A stretch of DNA of 64,000 bases from the IMG/VR virus record IMGVR_UViG_3300031853_000021, positions 1-64,000 of that record. One strand, written 5' to 3'. Position numbers and translations under genes: made by a program. The notes under the pieces were generated by a model. It worked only from the letters and a program-made list of their open reading frames with translations. It did no database searches and had not been told where the DNA came from. This stretch comes from a virus (Duplodnaviria; Caudoviricetes). Each line of letters begins with the position of its first letter. Within the stretch, counting starts at the first letter, position 1. Below, one piece after another: positions 25,149 through 35,341 of the stretch.

Positions 25149-26877
25149 CTGCTGCCACCTCCATCCGGAAGACGCCGCTGTCGTCGATCAGCTGCTGATA
25201 TACAGCCGGTCGTGCCGCTGCCTTCCTGATCTTCGTTTGCAGGCGCAGCGTGTTCGCCGTCGCCGGTTCTTCTTCCTGCGCTTCCCTCCATTTGACACCC
25301 ATCCCGTACTGTGTGGATATGAAGTCGAAGTATCCGCCGTCCTCTGCCGCTCCGACAGACCATCGCCTGACAGCTTCGACGTTCAGGATGTGCAGCTTGT
25401 CGTACTGGATGTATGCGACCGGCGATCCGTCCTGTCTGAATTCCAGCCTTGTGTTCGACAGCATCGTGGAAAACGGCATCACGCCGCCGTCCTGCTTCTT
25501 GCCGATTTCAAGGCCGTCGTCAGTGTAATGGAAGTATGTTTCGTTCTCCTGTTTGAACGATTCCAGATCTTCGCCCTGCGCTGTGACCGTCTCTTCCATC
25601 GACCGGATCGAAATGTTCAAGTCGATGGATGTCTGTTCGATCATGGTCTGATATTCGTTCGTCATCTGCTCCACGGTCTTGTTGTTGGCATCGTCCGCGT
25701 ATAGCTTCGCGGCTTCCTCTGCCGCCGATGCCATATCCCGCGATTCTGTCCGGATCGCCTGGACGGATGTCGCGATCTTTTCTTCCGAAGATGTGATCGC
25801 CGCCTGGACTTCTTCGGTCGTCCAGTACCCGCCCCGCAGGATCCGCTTCGTCCTCGATTCAGACACGGACACGGCATCCGACAGTGTCTTTTCCTGCGTC
25901 TCCGTCTGGATCTGTTCGAACGTCTTCACGACGCTGGACAGTTCGCAAGTGTTCTTCTGCGGATCCTTCGGATATTCCGTCATCTTCACGATCCGCTGCT
26001 TCGTCCGCGTGTTCTCCGTCTTCGATACGATCCACACTGTATCGCCGATGTCGTAATCCAGAAGGCCGTATTCTTCAGACTGTGCCGCAAGATCTGCGAC
26101 GTCGGCAGTGTAGGCCGTGTACGGTCTGGACGCTGTTTCCAGCTTCGCCCGCGCGTCCTCGATCAGATTTTCCGTGATAGTGTACCGTTCATCTTTCCAG
26201 ATCTTCGGCACGATCTTGTCTGTGTACTGATGATTGTCGATGTACGGCACGCCGATCATGATTTCCGGCGTGATGCCATCCTTGCCGATCGGATAGATCC
26301 GCGTGTAGAAGTCGTACGTGTTCGACTTCACTGTCAGCTTCCGAAGGTTCAGCCCCTCCATGAAGTAGGCGCCGCGATCCGTTCCTATGTGCTCATATAG
26401 ATGGATCACCTTCCGGATGCTGTCTATGCTGCATTCGCACATGTACGTCTTCAGGACGTCCTGAAGGACATCCCACGCCGTGCACGTGTCTTCTATGTCG
26501 ACCGTCCGGCGCTTTGTGATCGTGCACGTGCCGACCGTCCATCCGGTTCCCTCGAATGCGAATTCAAGGCAAGCGCGCGCCGTCTGTGTCTCCGATGCGA
26601 ATCCATATGTGAATTCCTGCTGTTCCAGTTCCTCGATGTTCAGCTTCGCGACGTACCTGTTCTTCGTCGCCCCTGTCTCGATCTCCTTCAGGACGTATTC
26701 GTCTTCCTTCGTCCGGATGTAGTTTTCCGCTGCCAGTGCCGCGATCGCCGCGCCGTTCTTCGGATATGAAAACGACAGTTCCTTGTCCCCGGACGACAGC
26801 GTCTTTTCGATCTTCAGATCGTCCATCATGTCGATCGCCGCGATCCGCTTGTGCAGCGCGTCGTATATCTGGATCAT
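25138..26877 (-). CDS. Phage tail spike/Tal-like (endopeptidase family) protein
   Basis: TRIYPIGKDG, YDIGDTV and coiled-coil C-terminal half; follows Dit. Confidence 0.8.
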   Translation of the reverse strand: MIQIYDALHKRIAAIDMMDDLKIEKTLSSGDKELSFSYPKNGAAIAALAAENYIRTKEDEYVLKEIETGATKNRYVAKLNIEELEQQEFTYGFASETQTARACLEFAFEGTGWTVGTCTITKRRTVDIEDTCTAWDVLQDVLKTYMCECSIDSIRKVIHLYEHIGTDRGAYFMEGLNLRKLTVKSNTYDFYTRIYPIGKDGITPEIMIGVPYIDNHQYTDKIVPKIWKDERYTITENLIEDARAKLETASRPYTAYTADVADLAAQSEEYGLLDYDIGDTVWIVSKTENTRTKQRIVKMTEYPKDPQKNTCELSSVVKTFEQIQTETQEKTLSDAVSVSESRTKRILRGGYWTTEEVQAAITSSEEKIATSVQAIRTESRDMASAAEEAAKLYADDANNKTVEQMTNEYQTMIEQTSIDLNISIRSMEETVTAQGEDLESFKQENETYFHYTDDGLEIGKKQDGGVMPFSTMLSNTRLEFRQDGSPVAYIQYDKLHILNVEAVRRWSVGAAEDGGYFDFISTQYGMGVKWREAQEEEPATANTLRLQTKIRKAAARPAVYQQLIDDSGVFRMEVAADGK

Positions 26878-26890
26878 CCCGCTGCCCTCC

Positions 26891-27589
26891 TTACATCCAC
26901 ATCGGCGTGTACGTCAGCATCACCTTCGCAGATCCGGATGAAAATGTCAGATCGTTTTCGCCCGCTGCCAGGCGTGGGAACTGCCAGAACGACACCTGAT
27001 CGAAGGCGTTCTTCCCGTCGATCGTTGCCTTCCCGCTCCTGCCGTCGATGATCAGCGTCTTCCCTGCTGCCAGCGTCTCGACGATGTACGCTTCGTCGTT
27101 TAATGTGATCACGTAGTCCGTCAGCTGCTGCTTCGCCGTGACCGCCACAGCACACGGCGCGTCCTTGCTGCTTTCCACGAAGATCTGCCCGGACGTCTTC
27201 CCGTCGAATGTGATTTCCAGATCGTCATCGAAGAAATACCCGTCGATCGACAGTTCCAGAATCTTCTTCGACAGGTCCAGCGTCTTCGTCAGACTGTCGT
27301 CTGTCAGGTATGCTTTGTATTTGCCTTTGTATCCCTTGATCTCTTCCAGGACGGCAGACTGGCGGAACTGCATCATGAATCTTGATACAGTCCGCTGAAG
27401 TTCTGCCCGGTTCCTTGCGCGGAAGTAGATCGTCAGCTTCAGCGTTCCCAGCGGGATGTCTGTTTCGTACTCCGTCGGAAGCAGCGCCCGCTGGATCATC
27501 TCCTTCTGGACGCTGATCTTCGGCGGCTGTTCCTCGACCGTCAGCAGCTTCGCGCCGTATTCCCTGACGTCCACGCCGTTTACGATCAT
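26891..27589 (-). CDS. Distal tail protein (Dit-like)
   Basis: Position directly after the tape measure gene; FPRLAAGENDL C-terminus. Confidence 0.75.
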   Translation of the reverse strand: MIVNGVDVREYGAKLLTVEEQPPKISVQKEMIQRALLPTEYETDIPLGTLKLTIYFRARNRAELQRTVSRFMMQFRQSAVLEEIKGYKGKYKAYLTDDSLTKTLDLSKKILELSIDGYFFDDDLEITFDGKTSGQIFVESSKDAPCAVAVTAKQQLTDYVITLNDEAYIVETLAAGKTLIIDGRSGKATIDGKNAFDQVSFWQFPRLAAGENDLTFSSGSAKVMLTYTPMWM

Positions 27590-27602
27590 GTTTCATCCCT
27601 CC

Positions 27603-30600
27603 TTATCTCTTCCGCTGTATTTTGTTTACGAATTCATTTTCGACGCGTGTGTATACTCTTTCCGCGACGACATCGCCGTCCATCGTGACGTATACATACA
27701 CGACCGTCCCGCCTGTCAGTGCATCCAGCTTCTTGTCCAGCATGTCGCCCAGGCGATCATAGAACGCTTTCAGCGGCAGGATCGCTTCCGCTCCCGCTTC
27801 GCCGCCTGCCAGCAGTGTGTTCCCGGATGCTCCGAATACTGTCGGGCGTGTCATGATACCGCCGGATTTATACCAGCTGATCCCGAAGTGCGGGACTGAC
27901 GGCGGATTCAGACTGAAGTGTCCGGATATATACGGATGCGGCAGTGCCAGATGCGGCAGGCTCCAATGGAAGTTAAACTTCGACCGCATGGCGCTGATCG
28001 CATTCGCCACGGCCTGCTTCGCCGCATTGATCGGTCTTTCGATCGCCGACTTGATGGCGTTCCATCCGGAAGACGCCGCGCCCTTCATGCTGTTCCATGC
28101 CGACGACATCACGGACTTGATGCTGTTCATGACGGACTGGACTTTCGACTTCACCGCATTCACGGCGGACGTCACGCCTGACTTGATCGCATTCCATGCG
28201 GATGTCGTCGCGCTCTTCACTCCGTTCCACACGGACGTGATCGTGGTCTTTATCGCGTTGAAGATCGGCGTGACCGCTGTCTTGATCGCGTTCACTGCGG
28301 TCGTGACGGCTGTCTTGATCGCGTTCCAGACGGTCGATGTGGCTGTCTTGATCGCGTTCCAGACGGTCGACACCGTGGTCTTAATCGCGTTCATGACGGT
28401 CGTGATTACGGTCTTGATGCCGTTCCATACTGTGTCGATCACAGTTTTGATCGCCGTCATGACCGGCGTGATGATGTTGTCCTTCACGAAGTTCAGCGCC
28501 GTCGACACTGTGGTCTTGATCGCTTCCCATGCTGCCGTGATCGTCTCTTTGCAGTTCTCCCAGATGAACCGGAACGGAACCGTGATCAGCTGGAAGGCCG
28601 CGCTGATCAGTTCCACGATGAACATGATCGCGACCTGAATGACGCTTTTGATTCCTTCCCAGATCGTCGAAACTGTTTCCGCGACCGTCGTGAAGATCGT
28701 GCTGATCGTCGTCCAGACGGTCGTGCAGAATGTCGTGACGGTCGTGCTGATCGTTGTCCAGATCGTCGTGAAGAACGTGCTGATGCCGTTCCAGACGCCT
28801 TCGAAGAAGCCCTGCACGTTCGTCCACAGTTCTGTCCACGAAGTCCCGAACCATCCCAGGAAGACGTCTGCGACGCCCTGAAGCGCCGCCAGAACGCCGC
28901 TGAAGACGCCCTTGATGCCTTCCCAGACCGCGCCGAAGATCTCCTGCACGCCTGTCCACAGTTGTGTCCAGTTGCCGTTATATGCGCCGATGAACACGTC
29001 CAGCAGCCCCGTGATGACACCGAAGGCTGTTTCAAGTACCGTCGCTATGATTCCGAAGGCTGCTTCGAATACCGGCGCTAACAGGTTGCAGAAGCCGTCC
29101 CAGATGGCACTGATCGTCTGCGTGATCGACTGGAAGCTGATTCCCATCGCTGACAGCCTTTCCTGTATGCCGCCGACGAATTCCTGGAAGGCGCCTTTGA
29201 TCCGCTCCCAGATCGCGATGACCGCGTTCCGGAAGTCTTCGTTCGTCCTCCACAGATGGATGAATGCCGCCACCAGCACGGCGATGACGCCGATCACGAT
29301 TCCGATCGGCGATGTCAGGAAGCTGAACGCCGACGACAGTCCGGTCTGTGCCTTCGCAAGTATCCCGGATGCGCCGCCCGCTTTCGTGTACCACTCGACC
29401 ATGTTCCCGATCTGCGTGGACACCTGACCCGTGAATATGATCATTTTTCCCAGCGCGACCAGCAAAGGCCCTGCTGCCGCCACGACCAGGCCGATCCGGA
29501 TGATCGCCTGCTTCTGTCCTTCGTCCATGTTGTTCAGCTTGTCCACGAAGTCCTGAATCTTGCCGACGACTTCGCGGATCTTCGGCATCAGCAGTTCACC
29601 GAAGCTGATCGCCAGTTCTTCCAGCTGTGACTTCAGGATGGTCAGCTGTCCCTGTAGGTTGTCCTGCTGCACCTCTGCCATCTTTTCCGCCGCGCCGGAT
29701 GCGCCGCCGATCTTCGCGCGCAGATTGTCGAATGCTTCCCCTGAATCCTGGATCAGGAAGTTCGCACCGCGCAGTGAAGCCGTGTCGAAGATCTGCCCCA
29801 TGACGCTGTTGTAGTCCTCTTCGGACAGTTCGCCCAGCTTGCCCCGCAGATCTGTCAGAACGTCCTGAAGCGGCCTTGCCTTGCCCTCTGAATCGTAGGC
29901 GGACACACCCAGCGCATCCAGTGCGTCCTTCGCCGTCGATGTCGGCTGATACAGGTTCTTCAGGACACGCTGAAGCATGTTTCCGCCTTCAGCTGCGGAT
30001 ATATTGTGATTTCCCAGAATTCCCAGCGCTGTCGCTGTGTCTTCGAATGACTGGCCTGTGATGGATGCCTGGCCTGCTGCCTGTGCAAGTCCTGCGCCGA
30101 AGTCAGACACGGATCCCTTCGCACTGGATGCCGTGACCGCCAGAACGTCCGCGACCTTCGAAGCGTCTTCCGTCTTCATGCCGAAGCCGGACATGATGCC
30201 CGTCGCATAGTCTGCGGCCTGCGCGATGCCGATGTTGCCAGCCGCTGCCAGATTCAGCGTCGCAGGCAGCGCGGAATAGATGTCATCCGTGTCCATGCCT
30301 GCCATCGCAAGGATGTTGATCGCGTCCGCTGCTTCACTGGCGGAAAACTTTGTGTCCTTTCCCATCGTCCGCGCCAGCTTCGACAGCGCGTCCATCGTGT
30401 TGACCGTTTCGCCGTTCAGCTTCGACGTGGAATCCTTCGTCAGACCCATCGTCGCCTGAACCTGTGACATCGAAGCGTCGAAGTTCGCGGCAGTCTTCAC
30501 TGCTGCCGTTCCCAGTCCGACCGTCGCCATAGACGCGGGCATGATCGCTTCGCCGACCTTCGTGATCGTTCCGCCGATCTTGTTCGCCTTCTCTGCGTAG

Positions 30601-31139
30601 GCATCGAACGGCGCCCGTGCCAGTTCCGCGTTCACGTTCCGCAGCTGTACTTCCAGTTCTGCCAGCTTCGCCTTTGAAGATGTGACCGCGCCTTCCTGCT
30701 TCGTGATCGCTGTTTCTGTCTTCTGGATGCTTCTTTCTGTGTTTCCCAGCTGTGACTGTAAATTTTCGTATTCTGCCTTCAGCTTCTTCGTCTGTTCAGA
30801 ATCTTCGCCTGTGGCCTTCGCGCTTTCTTCGTACGCCTTCTTCGCCGCTTCGACCTTCGTCTTCAGCGTGTCGTGCGTCGATTTCTGCTGTTCCAGCGCC
30901 TGCTTCAGCTTTGCGTGCTGTGCTTCGTTCTTTTCGACGATGTCTTTCTGAAGTCCTACTTTGCCAGTCAGTTCTGTGACCTTCGCCCGAAGGCCGTCCT
31001 GTGCGGATCCGGACAGCTTCGCCTGTGCAGCCGCAAGACTGTATTCGGACGACAGCTTCTTCATCTCTGCGGAACACTGCCGCATGGATGCCTGAAACTG
31101 CTGTGTTTCGGCCTGAATGTCTATTCTTACTGTTGCCAC
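27603..31139 (-). CDS. Tape measure protein (TP901 family)
   Basis: 1178 aa; TKFSASEAADA core and 11-residue W-periodic repeats (VWNAIKT). Confidence 0.95.
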   Translation of the reverse strand: MATVRIDIQAETQQFQASMRQCSAEMKKLSSEYSLAAAQAKLSGSAQDGLRAKVTELTGKVGLQKDIVEKNEAQHAKLKQALEQQKSTHDTLKTKVEAAKKAYEESAKATGEDSEQTKKLKAEYENLQSQLGNTERSIQKTETAITKQEGAVTSSKAKLAELEVQLRNVNAELARAPFDAYAEKANKIGGTITKVGEAIMPASMATVGLGTAAVKTAANFDASMSQVQATMGLTKDSTSKLNGETVNTMDALSKLARTMGKDTKFSASEAADAINILAMAGMDTDDIYSALPATLNLAAAGNIGIAQAADYATGIMSGFGMKTEDASKVADVLAVTASSAKGSVSDFGAGLAQAAGQASITGQSFEDTATALGILGNHNISAAEGGNMLQRVLKNLYQPTSTAKDALDALGVSAYDSEGKARPLQDVLTDLRGKLGELSEEDYNSVMGQIFDTASLRGANFLIQDSGEAFDNLRAKIGGASGAAEKMAEVQQDNLQGQLTILKSQLEELAISFGELLMPKIREVVGKIQDFVDKLNNMDEGQKQAIIRIGLVVAAAGPLLVALGKMIIFTGQVSTQIGNMVEWYTKAGGASGILAKAQTGLSSAFSFLTSPIGIVIGVIAVLVAAFIHLWRTNEDFRNAVIAIWERIKGAFQEFVGGIQERLSAMGISFQSITQTISAIWDGFCNLLAPVFEAAFGIIATVLETAFGVITGLLDVFIGAYNGNWTQLWTGVQEIFGAVWEGIKGVFSGVLAALQGVADVFLGWFGTSWTELWTNVQGFFEGVWNGISTFFTTIWTTISTTVTTFCTTVWTTISTIFTTVAETVSTIWEGIKSVIQVAIMFIVELISAAFQLITVPFRFIWENCKETITAAWEAIKTTVSTALNFVKDNIITPVMTAIKTVIDTVWNGIKTVITTVMNAIKTTVSTVWNAIKTATSTVWNAIKTAVTTAVNAIKTAVTPIFNAIKTTITSVWNGVKSATTSAWNAIKSGVTSAVNAVKSKVQSVMNSIKSVMSSAWNSMKGAASSGWNAIKSAIERPINAAKQAVANAISAMRSKFNFHWSLPHLALPHPYISGHFSLNPPSVPHFGISWYKSGGIMTRPTVFGASGNTLLAGGEAGAEAILPLKAFYDRLGDMLDKKLDALTGGTVVYVYVTMDGDVVAERVYTRVENEFVNKIQRKR

Positions 31140-31157
31140 GCTGTCCCGCTCCTTCCC

Positions 31158-31682
31158 TTAGTTTTCTTTCAGTGTCCGGATCTCAAATGCCACATAATCA
31201 AGCAGGCTCATGATGTCCGCTTCCATGCAGTCCTGATATGAATTCTTCATCAGCCGGATGCACAGCTTCACGACCCGGTCGACGTTCTCCCGGCAGATCT
31301 GCCAGAAGTTTCTTTCTTCCTGTGCTCCGTCGTCGTTGTATCCGTTTTCTTCGTCGTATTCGTCAAACGCTGATGCTTCCTTCTCGACCGCTTCCGGATG
31401 CTCCGGATTCAGATCAAGGAACTTCTGCGTGATGACGTCCTGCATGACGAAGTGCACTTGCTTCGCCGCTGTCATGACGTCTTCTGCGTCCATCTTCCTG
31501 ATCTGCGTCATCGGCACGCCGAAGATCTCCGACAGGATCCGCGCATTCGCTTCGACCGCGTCTTCGATCGATTCGGTGACGTTCTGTTCCATGATCTCCG
31601 TGTACCGCCTGTACTGTCGAACAGACACTGCCGCACAGATCCGTTCATCCTCTCCGTACGGCAGCGTCATTTCCGGCATCAC
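31158..31682 (-). CDS. Tail assembly chaperone, downstream (gpT-like) frame
   Basis: Lies in the -1 frame relative to 31679-32023 and is open from the slippery site. Confidence 0.75.
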   Translation of the reverse strand: MMPEMTLPYGEDERICAAVSVRQYRRYTEIMEQNVTESIEDAVEANARILSEIFGVPMTQIRKMDAEDVMTAAKQVHFVMQDVITQKFLDLNPEHPEAVEKEASAFDEYDEENGYNDDGAQEERNFWQICRENVDRVVKLCIRLMKNSYQDCMEADIMSLLDYVAFEIRTLKEN

Positions 31683-32023
31683 TCGCCACTTGTAAAATTT
31701 TTCTTGAACTTCTCCACCTTCGTGTCGACGTTCGCGGCGACGCTGACATCCATCATCGCGAATTCCATGATGATGTCTTCCGGCGACAGTTCGCTGATCA
31801 GTTCGTCGCGTGTGAACTGGTCGCCGTACATCTCCACGATCACGTCCATCATCTCGACGAACTGATTGTAGTTGTACAGCCGCTGCTGCTTCTCCGTCTC
31901 CATGATCTCGTCGCGCAGTTTGATATAGCGCATGTACGCCAGCGTCGTCATCTTCTGCGGCATCTGGTATTCCTTCCCGCCGATGATGATCTTTCTTTTC
32001 TTCACTGTGTTGGTTGCTGCCAT
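31679..32023 (-). CDS. Tail assembly chaperone (gpG-like)
   Basis: Between major tail and tape measure genes. Confidence 0.75.
   Translation of the reverse strand: MAATNTVKKRKIIIGGKEYQMPQKMTTLAYMRYIKLRDEIMETEKQQRLYNYNQFVEMMDVIVEMYGDQFTRDELISELSPEDIIMEFAMMDVSVAANVDTKVEKFKKNFTSGE
31694..31700 (-). other. Programmed -1 frameshift site A AAT TTT
   Basis: In-frame X XXY YYZ heptamer; -1 slip reads TAC AAG TGG CGA GTG ATG into the next ORF. Confidence 0.75.
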
Positions 32024-32051
32024 TTTCGTCCCTCCTTAAAATGATCAGTTA

Positions 32052-32663
32052 TCAGTTGCCGGATGTCGGAAGTTCCTGTACGGATGCGAACCAGTTCGCG
32101 ATCGCCGCTGCCGCGCTTGTATCCGCTTCCAGAAGGTTCCCTTCGTCGACCTCGACCTTGTAGTTTCCATCCATCTGGCGCTCGTAGAAGTTGCCCTTCA
32201 GCGTCGCCGTCTGTGTTTTGGGGCTGGCTCCTTCGGTTTCGTAGTTGTCTTCCATCCCCTGATCGAAGCGCCCGGCGTACATCCAGCAGAATTCGTATTT
32301 GCCGTTCAGCTTCTTCGCACGCCATCCGACCGCGACTTCCGGCGCCTTGTCGTTCTTGTTCTTCACAAGGTATCCGTTCTTGTACAGATGACCGAAAACG
32401 CGGGACTTGTCCTGCGGCGCCAGCGCGTTCACTTCGAATTCAACTTCCGTTCCGGTGTACGTCATGTTGGTATCCTCGACGCTGTCGTCCGAATAGATCT
32501 TTTCGGATTCGAATTTGTCGCTGATCTTCCCGGTGATCGCGCGCGCCAGCTTTGTCGGTGTGTCGGTCGCGTACTCTGTTTCCGTGTTCTTCGTCACGTG
32601 TGCGACGTGGATGTCACGGAAGGACTTCGTTCTGCTTCTGACGATGGTCTGTGTGTCTGCCAT
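32052..32663 (-). CDS. Major tail protein (phi13 family)
   Basis: EKIYSDD, APEVAVGWRAKKLNGKY, YETEG..KTQTATLKG. Confidence 0.9.
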   Translation of the reverse strand: MADTQTIVRSRTKSFRDIHVAHVTKNTETEYATDTPTKLARAITGKISDKFESEKIYSDDSVEDTNMTYTGTEVEFEVNALAPQDKSRVFGHLYKNGYLVKNKNDKAPEVAVGWRAKKLNGKYEFCWMYAGRFDQGMEDNYETEGASPKTQTATLKGNFYERQMDGNYKVEVDEGNLLEADTSAAAAIANWFASVQELPTSGN

Positions 32664-32667
32664 TCTT

Positions 32668-33027
32668 TTATTCCTCCGTTTCTTCTTCGGCTTCCTCCTG
32701 ATAGAAGAAGCGCATCGCATTCATGAAGACGCCCGTGTCCGGTTCCCCGGTGTCGTTCCCTTCCGTGAACTCGAACCCGTTCGCCTTCATCAGTTTCTTC
32801 ACCCGCTTCACCAGATCCTGCTGATCAGCTGTCGACCAGATATTGACCTGTATCGTCGCGGCTTCTACGTCGCAGTCATCATCGGAATGCGCGGCGGCGT
32901 AGTCTCTTAATTTCCACAGCGTGATGTGCAGCTTCTTCAGTCTGGCATCGTACCATCCCTGCTGAACGGTGATCCCTTCGTCTGATAAAGGCTTCAGCGC
33001 ATCCGCTGCCGTTTTGATGACGTCCAT
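32668..33027 (-). CDS. Tail completion/terminator protein
   Basis: Position; IQVNIWS...VKKLMKANGF. Confidence 0.7.
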   Translation of the reverse strand: MDVIKTAADALKPLSDEGITVQQGWYDARLKKLHITLWKLRDYAAAHSDDDCDVEAATIQVNIWSTADQQDLVKRVKKLMKANGFEFTEGNDTGEPDTGVFMNAMRFFYQEEAEEETEE

Positions 33028-33031
33028 TCGT

Positions 33032-33463
33032 TCATCCTCCCAGCTTTTCGTTCAGCGCCCGCTGGAACTCTTCTTCCGCGATCTGGTTGTAGTCCGATTC
33101 TGATTCTTGCATCGTGTTTTCGATGAAGTCGCGTGCAGGCATCTTTGACGTGCCCCACTCCACGAACTTCATGTAGAACCAGTTCTGCGCATCGCCGTCC
33201 AGCTTCCACCCGACTTCGCCTTTCCGTGACGTGGCTTTCTTCGGGATGTTGTCAGCCGCATGTCCCGGCGGCCTGTACCCGTTCCGGCCTGACTTCGAAT
33301 TGTCCGCTGATCGCGGCATATGCGCCTTCATTCGCGGTTCCGTGACGTCCGCGCTGCGCTGATAGATCCGTTTGTTCAAGGCGGCGATCTCGCTGTCTGA
33401 CGACAGTGTTTCCACCTGTGTCCGCAGGCGGTCGAAGCCCTCCATGTTGAACGTGATCTTCAT
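33032..33463 (-). CDS. HK97 gp10-like protein
   Basis: WFYMKFVEWGTSKMPARDF motif. Confidence 0.88.
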   Translation of the reverse strand: MKITFNMEGFDRLRTQVETLSSDSEIAALNKRIYQRSADVTEPRMKAHMPRSADNSKSGRNGYRPPGHAADNIPKKATSRKGEVGWKLDGDAQNWFYMKFVEWGTSKMPARDFIENTMQESESDYNQIAEEEFQRALNEKLGG

Positions 33464-33469
33464 CGCGCA

Positions 33470-33793
33470 TCAGTCCCTTCTGTTTGCTTTCAGCTGCACA
33501 TACTGCCGTTCGTTCCTCCTGAAGTCCGACGCGAAGATGTCATACACTTCGCCTTCGAACTTGATGTAGTAGTCCTTCAGATGCTGCTGCATCGCTTTTA
33601 TGGCTTTGCAGTACCGCACTTCGAAGATGATCGTGTTTTCCAGGCGGATGTCCAGCGCTCCGTACAGTTCGGATCCGTAAAGGTTCCCTATCTCGCACCA
33701 TGCTTTATGATGCAGTGTCGGTTCTTCTTCCACGCGCCGCCCGGACACGATGCTGTAGTTCTTCCTGTAGATCTCGATCCGTGCCGCTGCCAT
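33470..33793 (-). CDS. Head closure/head-tail adaptor
   Basis: AWCEI, FEVRY, IKFEGEVYDI; position. Confidence 0.8.
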   Translation of the reverse strand: MAAARIEIYRKNYSIVSGRRVEEEPTLHHKAWCEIGNLYGSELYGALDIRLENTIIFEVRYCKAIKAMQQHLKDYYIKFEGEVYDIFASDFRRNERQYVQLKANRRD

Positions 33794-33797
33794 CCCA

Positions 33798-34061
33798 TCA
33801 CCTCAACATTTCCTTCAGCAGAAGGGATCTGACGGCGTACCGGATCTTCTCCGGCTGTGCCGTCGTGTTCCCTCTGTTGTCGTACATCTCCTTGATGTAG
33901 GCGCAGATCAGGATCTTCTGGCGGTTCGTGATGTTGTCCGGATCGAAGGAAGGAATCAGTTCCTTCATTTCGTCCAGCGTCGCGTTCAGCATCAGTTCGA
34001 TCAGTTCATCGTCGTCGGTGTAGTCGACGCGGATGTACTGCTTCACTTCAGTCAGCGTCAT
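33798..34061 (-). CDS. Head-tail connector (gp6-like)
   Basis: MTLTEVKQYIRVDYTDDDELI...MYDNR. Confidence 0.9.
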   Translation of the reverse strand: MTLTEVKQYIRVDYTDDDELIELMLNATLDEMKELIPSFDPDNITNRQKILICAYIKEMYDNRGNTTAQPEKIRYAVRSLLLKEMLR

Positions 34062-34102
34062 CTTTTCCCGCTCCTTTCTTCATGATCTGCATCCGGATCC
34101 GA

Positions 34103-35320
34103 TCAGCCGCCGATCGCTTCGGTGATCTCGCCCTTGATGACAGCAGCTTCGTCCACGGCCTGCACATCGAAGCGGTCGCGGACTTTGATTCCGGTCAGAT
34201 CCTTCGCCCACAGATCACCGGCTTCTGTAGAAAGTTCCACGGTGATCTTCTCGCGGTCGAACAGTGTCACGGCTTCCTTCAGATCGCCCATGTACAGCGG
34301 ATACTTCGTATTGGATCCGGAAGTCACGGACTTCATGGTCTTGTTGCTGACGACATGGATCGGATACACGCCGAACAGAAGGCGCTTTGTCTTGTCGGTG
34401 ACATCGGGCTGGATGATGTACTTCTTGTCTTCATCCTTCAGCTTGTCCAGATAGTTGAAGCCGTCCTGATTGGTCAGGACGATGGAAGACGGCGCGATCG
34501 CTGCATCCAGCTTCACGTTGAAGACATCCTTCAGGTCGTCCACGCCGGTGATCGCCACGGCCTTCCCGGTCGTGATCTCGTTCAGCTTCGCAAGGATGGC
34601 GGCGTTTCTGGTCGCCCTGGACTTTCTGGCGATCCACTTGTTCAGGTATGCCAGGATGTTCGCAGCAGTGTCCTGAAGCAGTTCGCGTGTGGTCTTCAGG
34701 ATGCCGCCCTTCTTTGCGACCTTGTATTTGATCTGCTTGAACTTCGGTGTATTCTGTTCGGTGAACGCTTCGCCTTCATCCACGTCAGGCCACGGTGTGC
34801 TGTCTGCGTCGATCTCGATCACGCGGGATCCGGACAGTGTGGTGACGTTCTCGACGTTGACGTACATTTCCAGATCGTTTTCAGTCCTACGAAGTTCGCG
34901 GATGTCGGTCTGGATGTCCTGCGGCACAGTGAAGCCGCCGTCGGATTCGCCGTCCTCGTTCGGATCAGCTTCGGTCATGGCGTCCATGATCTCCTGATCC
35001 TCTTTTGTCATCTGGCGCTTGCGCAGGCCGCACACGATACGGTTGACGAATGCGCGGGCGATGTCGGCCTTCGCGTACTTCTTCGCGCCCGCTGCCGCTC
35101 CGCCTTCGATTCCCTTCGCCTTGCCGCCCTTGACGGCGTCGTCGATGTCGTCGATCTCGTCTTCGTCCATCTCCATCATGATGTCGAACTCCTGCTGCAT
35201 CTCGCGCAGCTGATCCATCTTGTCCTTCATCTCCTGCGTCTTGCCCTGACCCTGAAGGCCGCGGATCGCGTTCTTCATGTCGTTGATCTTCTTCAGAAGT
35301 GCTCTTGCTTCTTTGCTCAT
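34103..35320 (-). CDS. Major capsid protein (HK97 fold)
   Basis: DGGFTVPQDIQT, ELLQDTAANI, RDRFDVQAVD. Confidence 0.95.
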   Translation of the reverse strand: MSKEARALLKKINDMKNAIRGLQGQGKTQEMKDKMDQLREMQQEFDIMMEMDEDEIDDIDDAVKGGKAKGIEGGAAAGAKKYAKADIARAFVNRIVCGLRKRQMTKEDQEIMDAMTEADPNEDGESDGGFTVPQDIQTDIRELRRTENDLEMYVNVENVTTLSGSRVIEIDADSTPWPDVDEGEAFTEQNTPKFKQIKYKVAKKGGILKTTRELLQDTAANILAYLNKWIARKSRATRNAAILAKLNEITTGKAVAITGVDDLKDVFNVKLDAAIAPSSIVLTNQDGFNYLDKLKDEDKKYIIQPDVTDKTKRLLFGVYPIHVVSNKTMKSVTSGSNTKYPLYMGDLKEAVTLFDREKITVELSTEAGDLWAKDLTGIKVRDRFDVQAVDEAAVIKGEITEAIGG

Positions 35321-35341
35321 GTGTTTAGATCCTCCTTTGAT

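Noticed and set aside
27900-28900. Periodic 33-bp repeats
   Set aside because: Ordinary 11-residue tape-measure repeats
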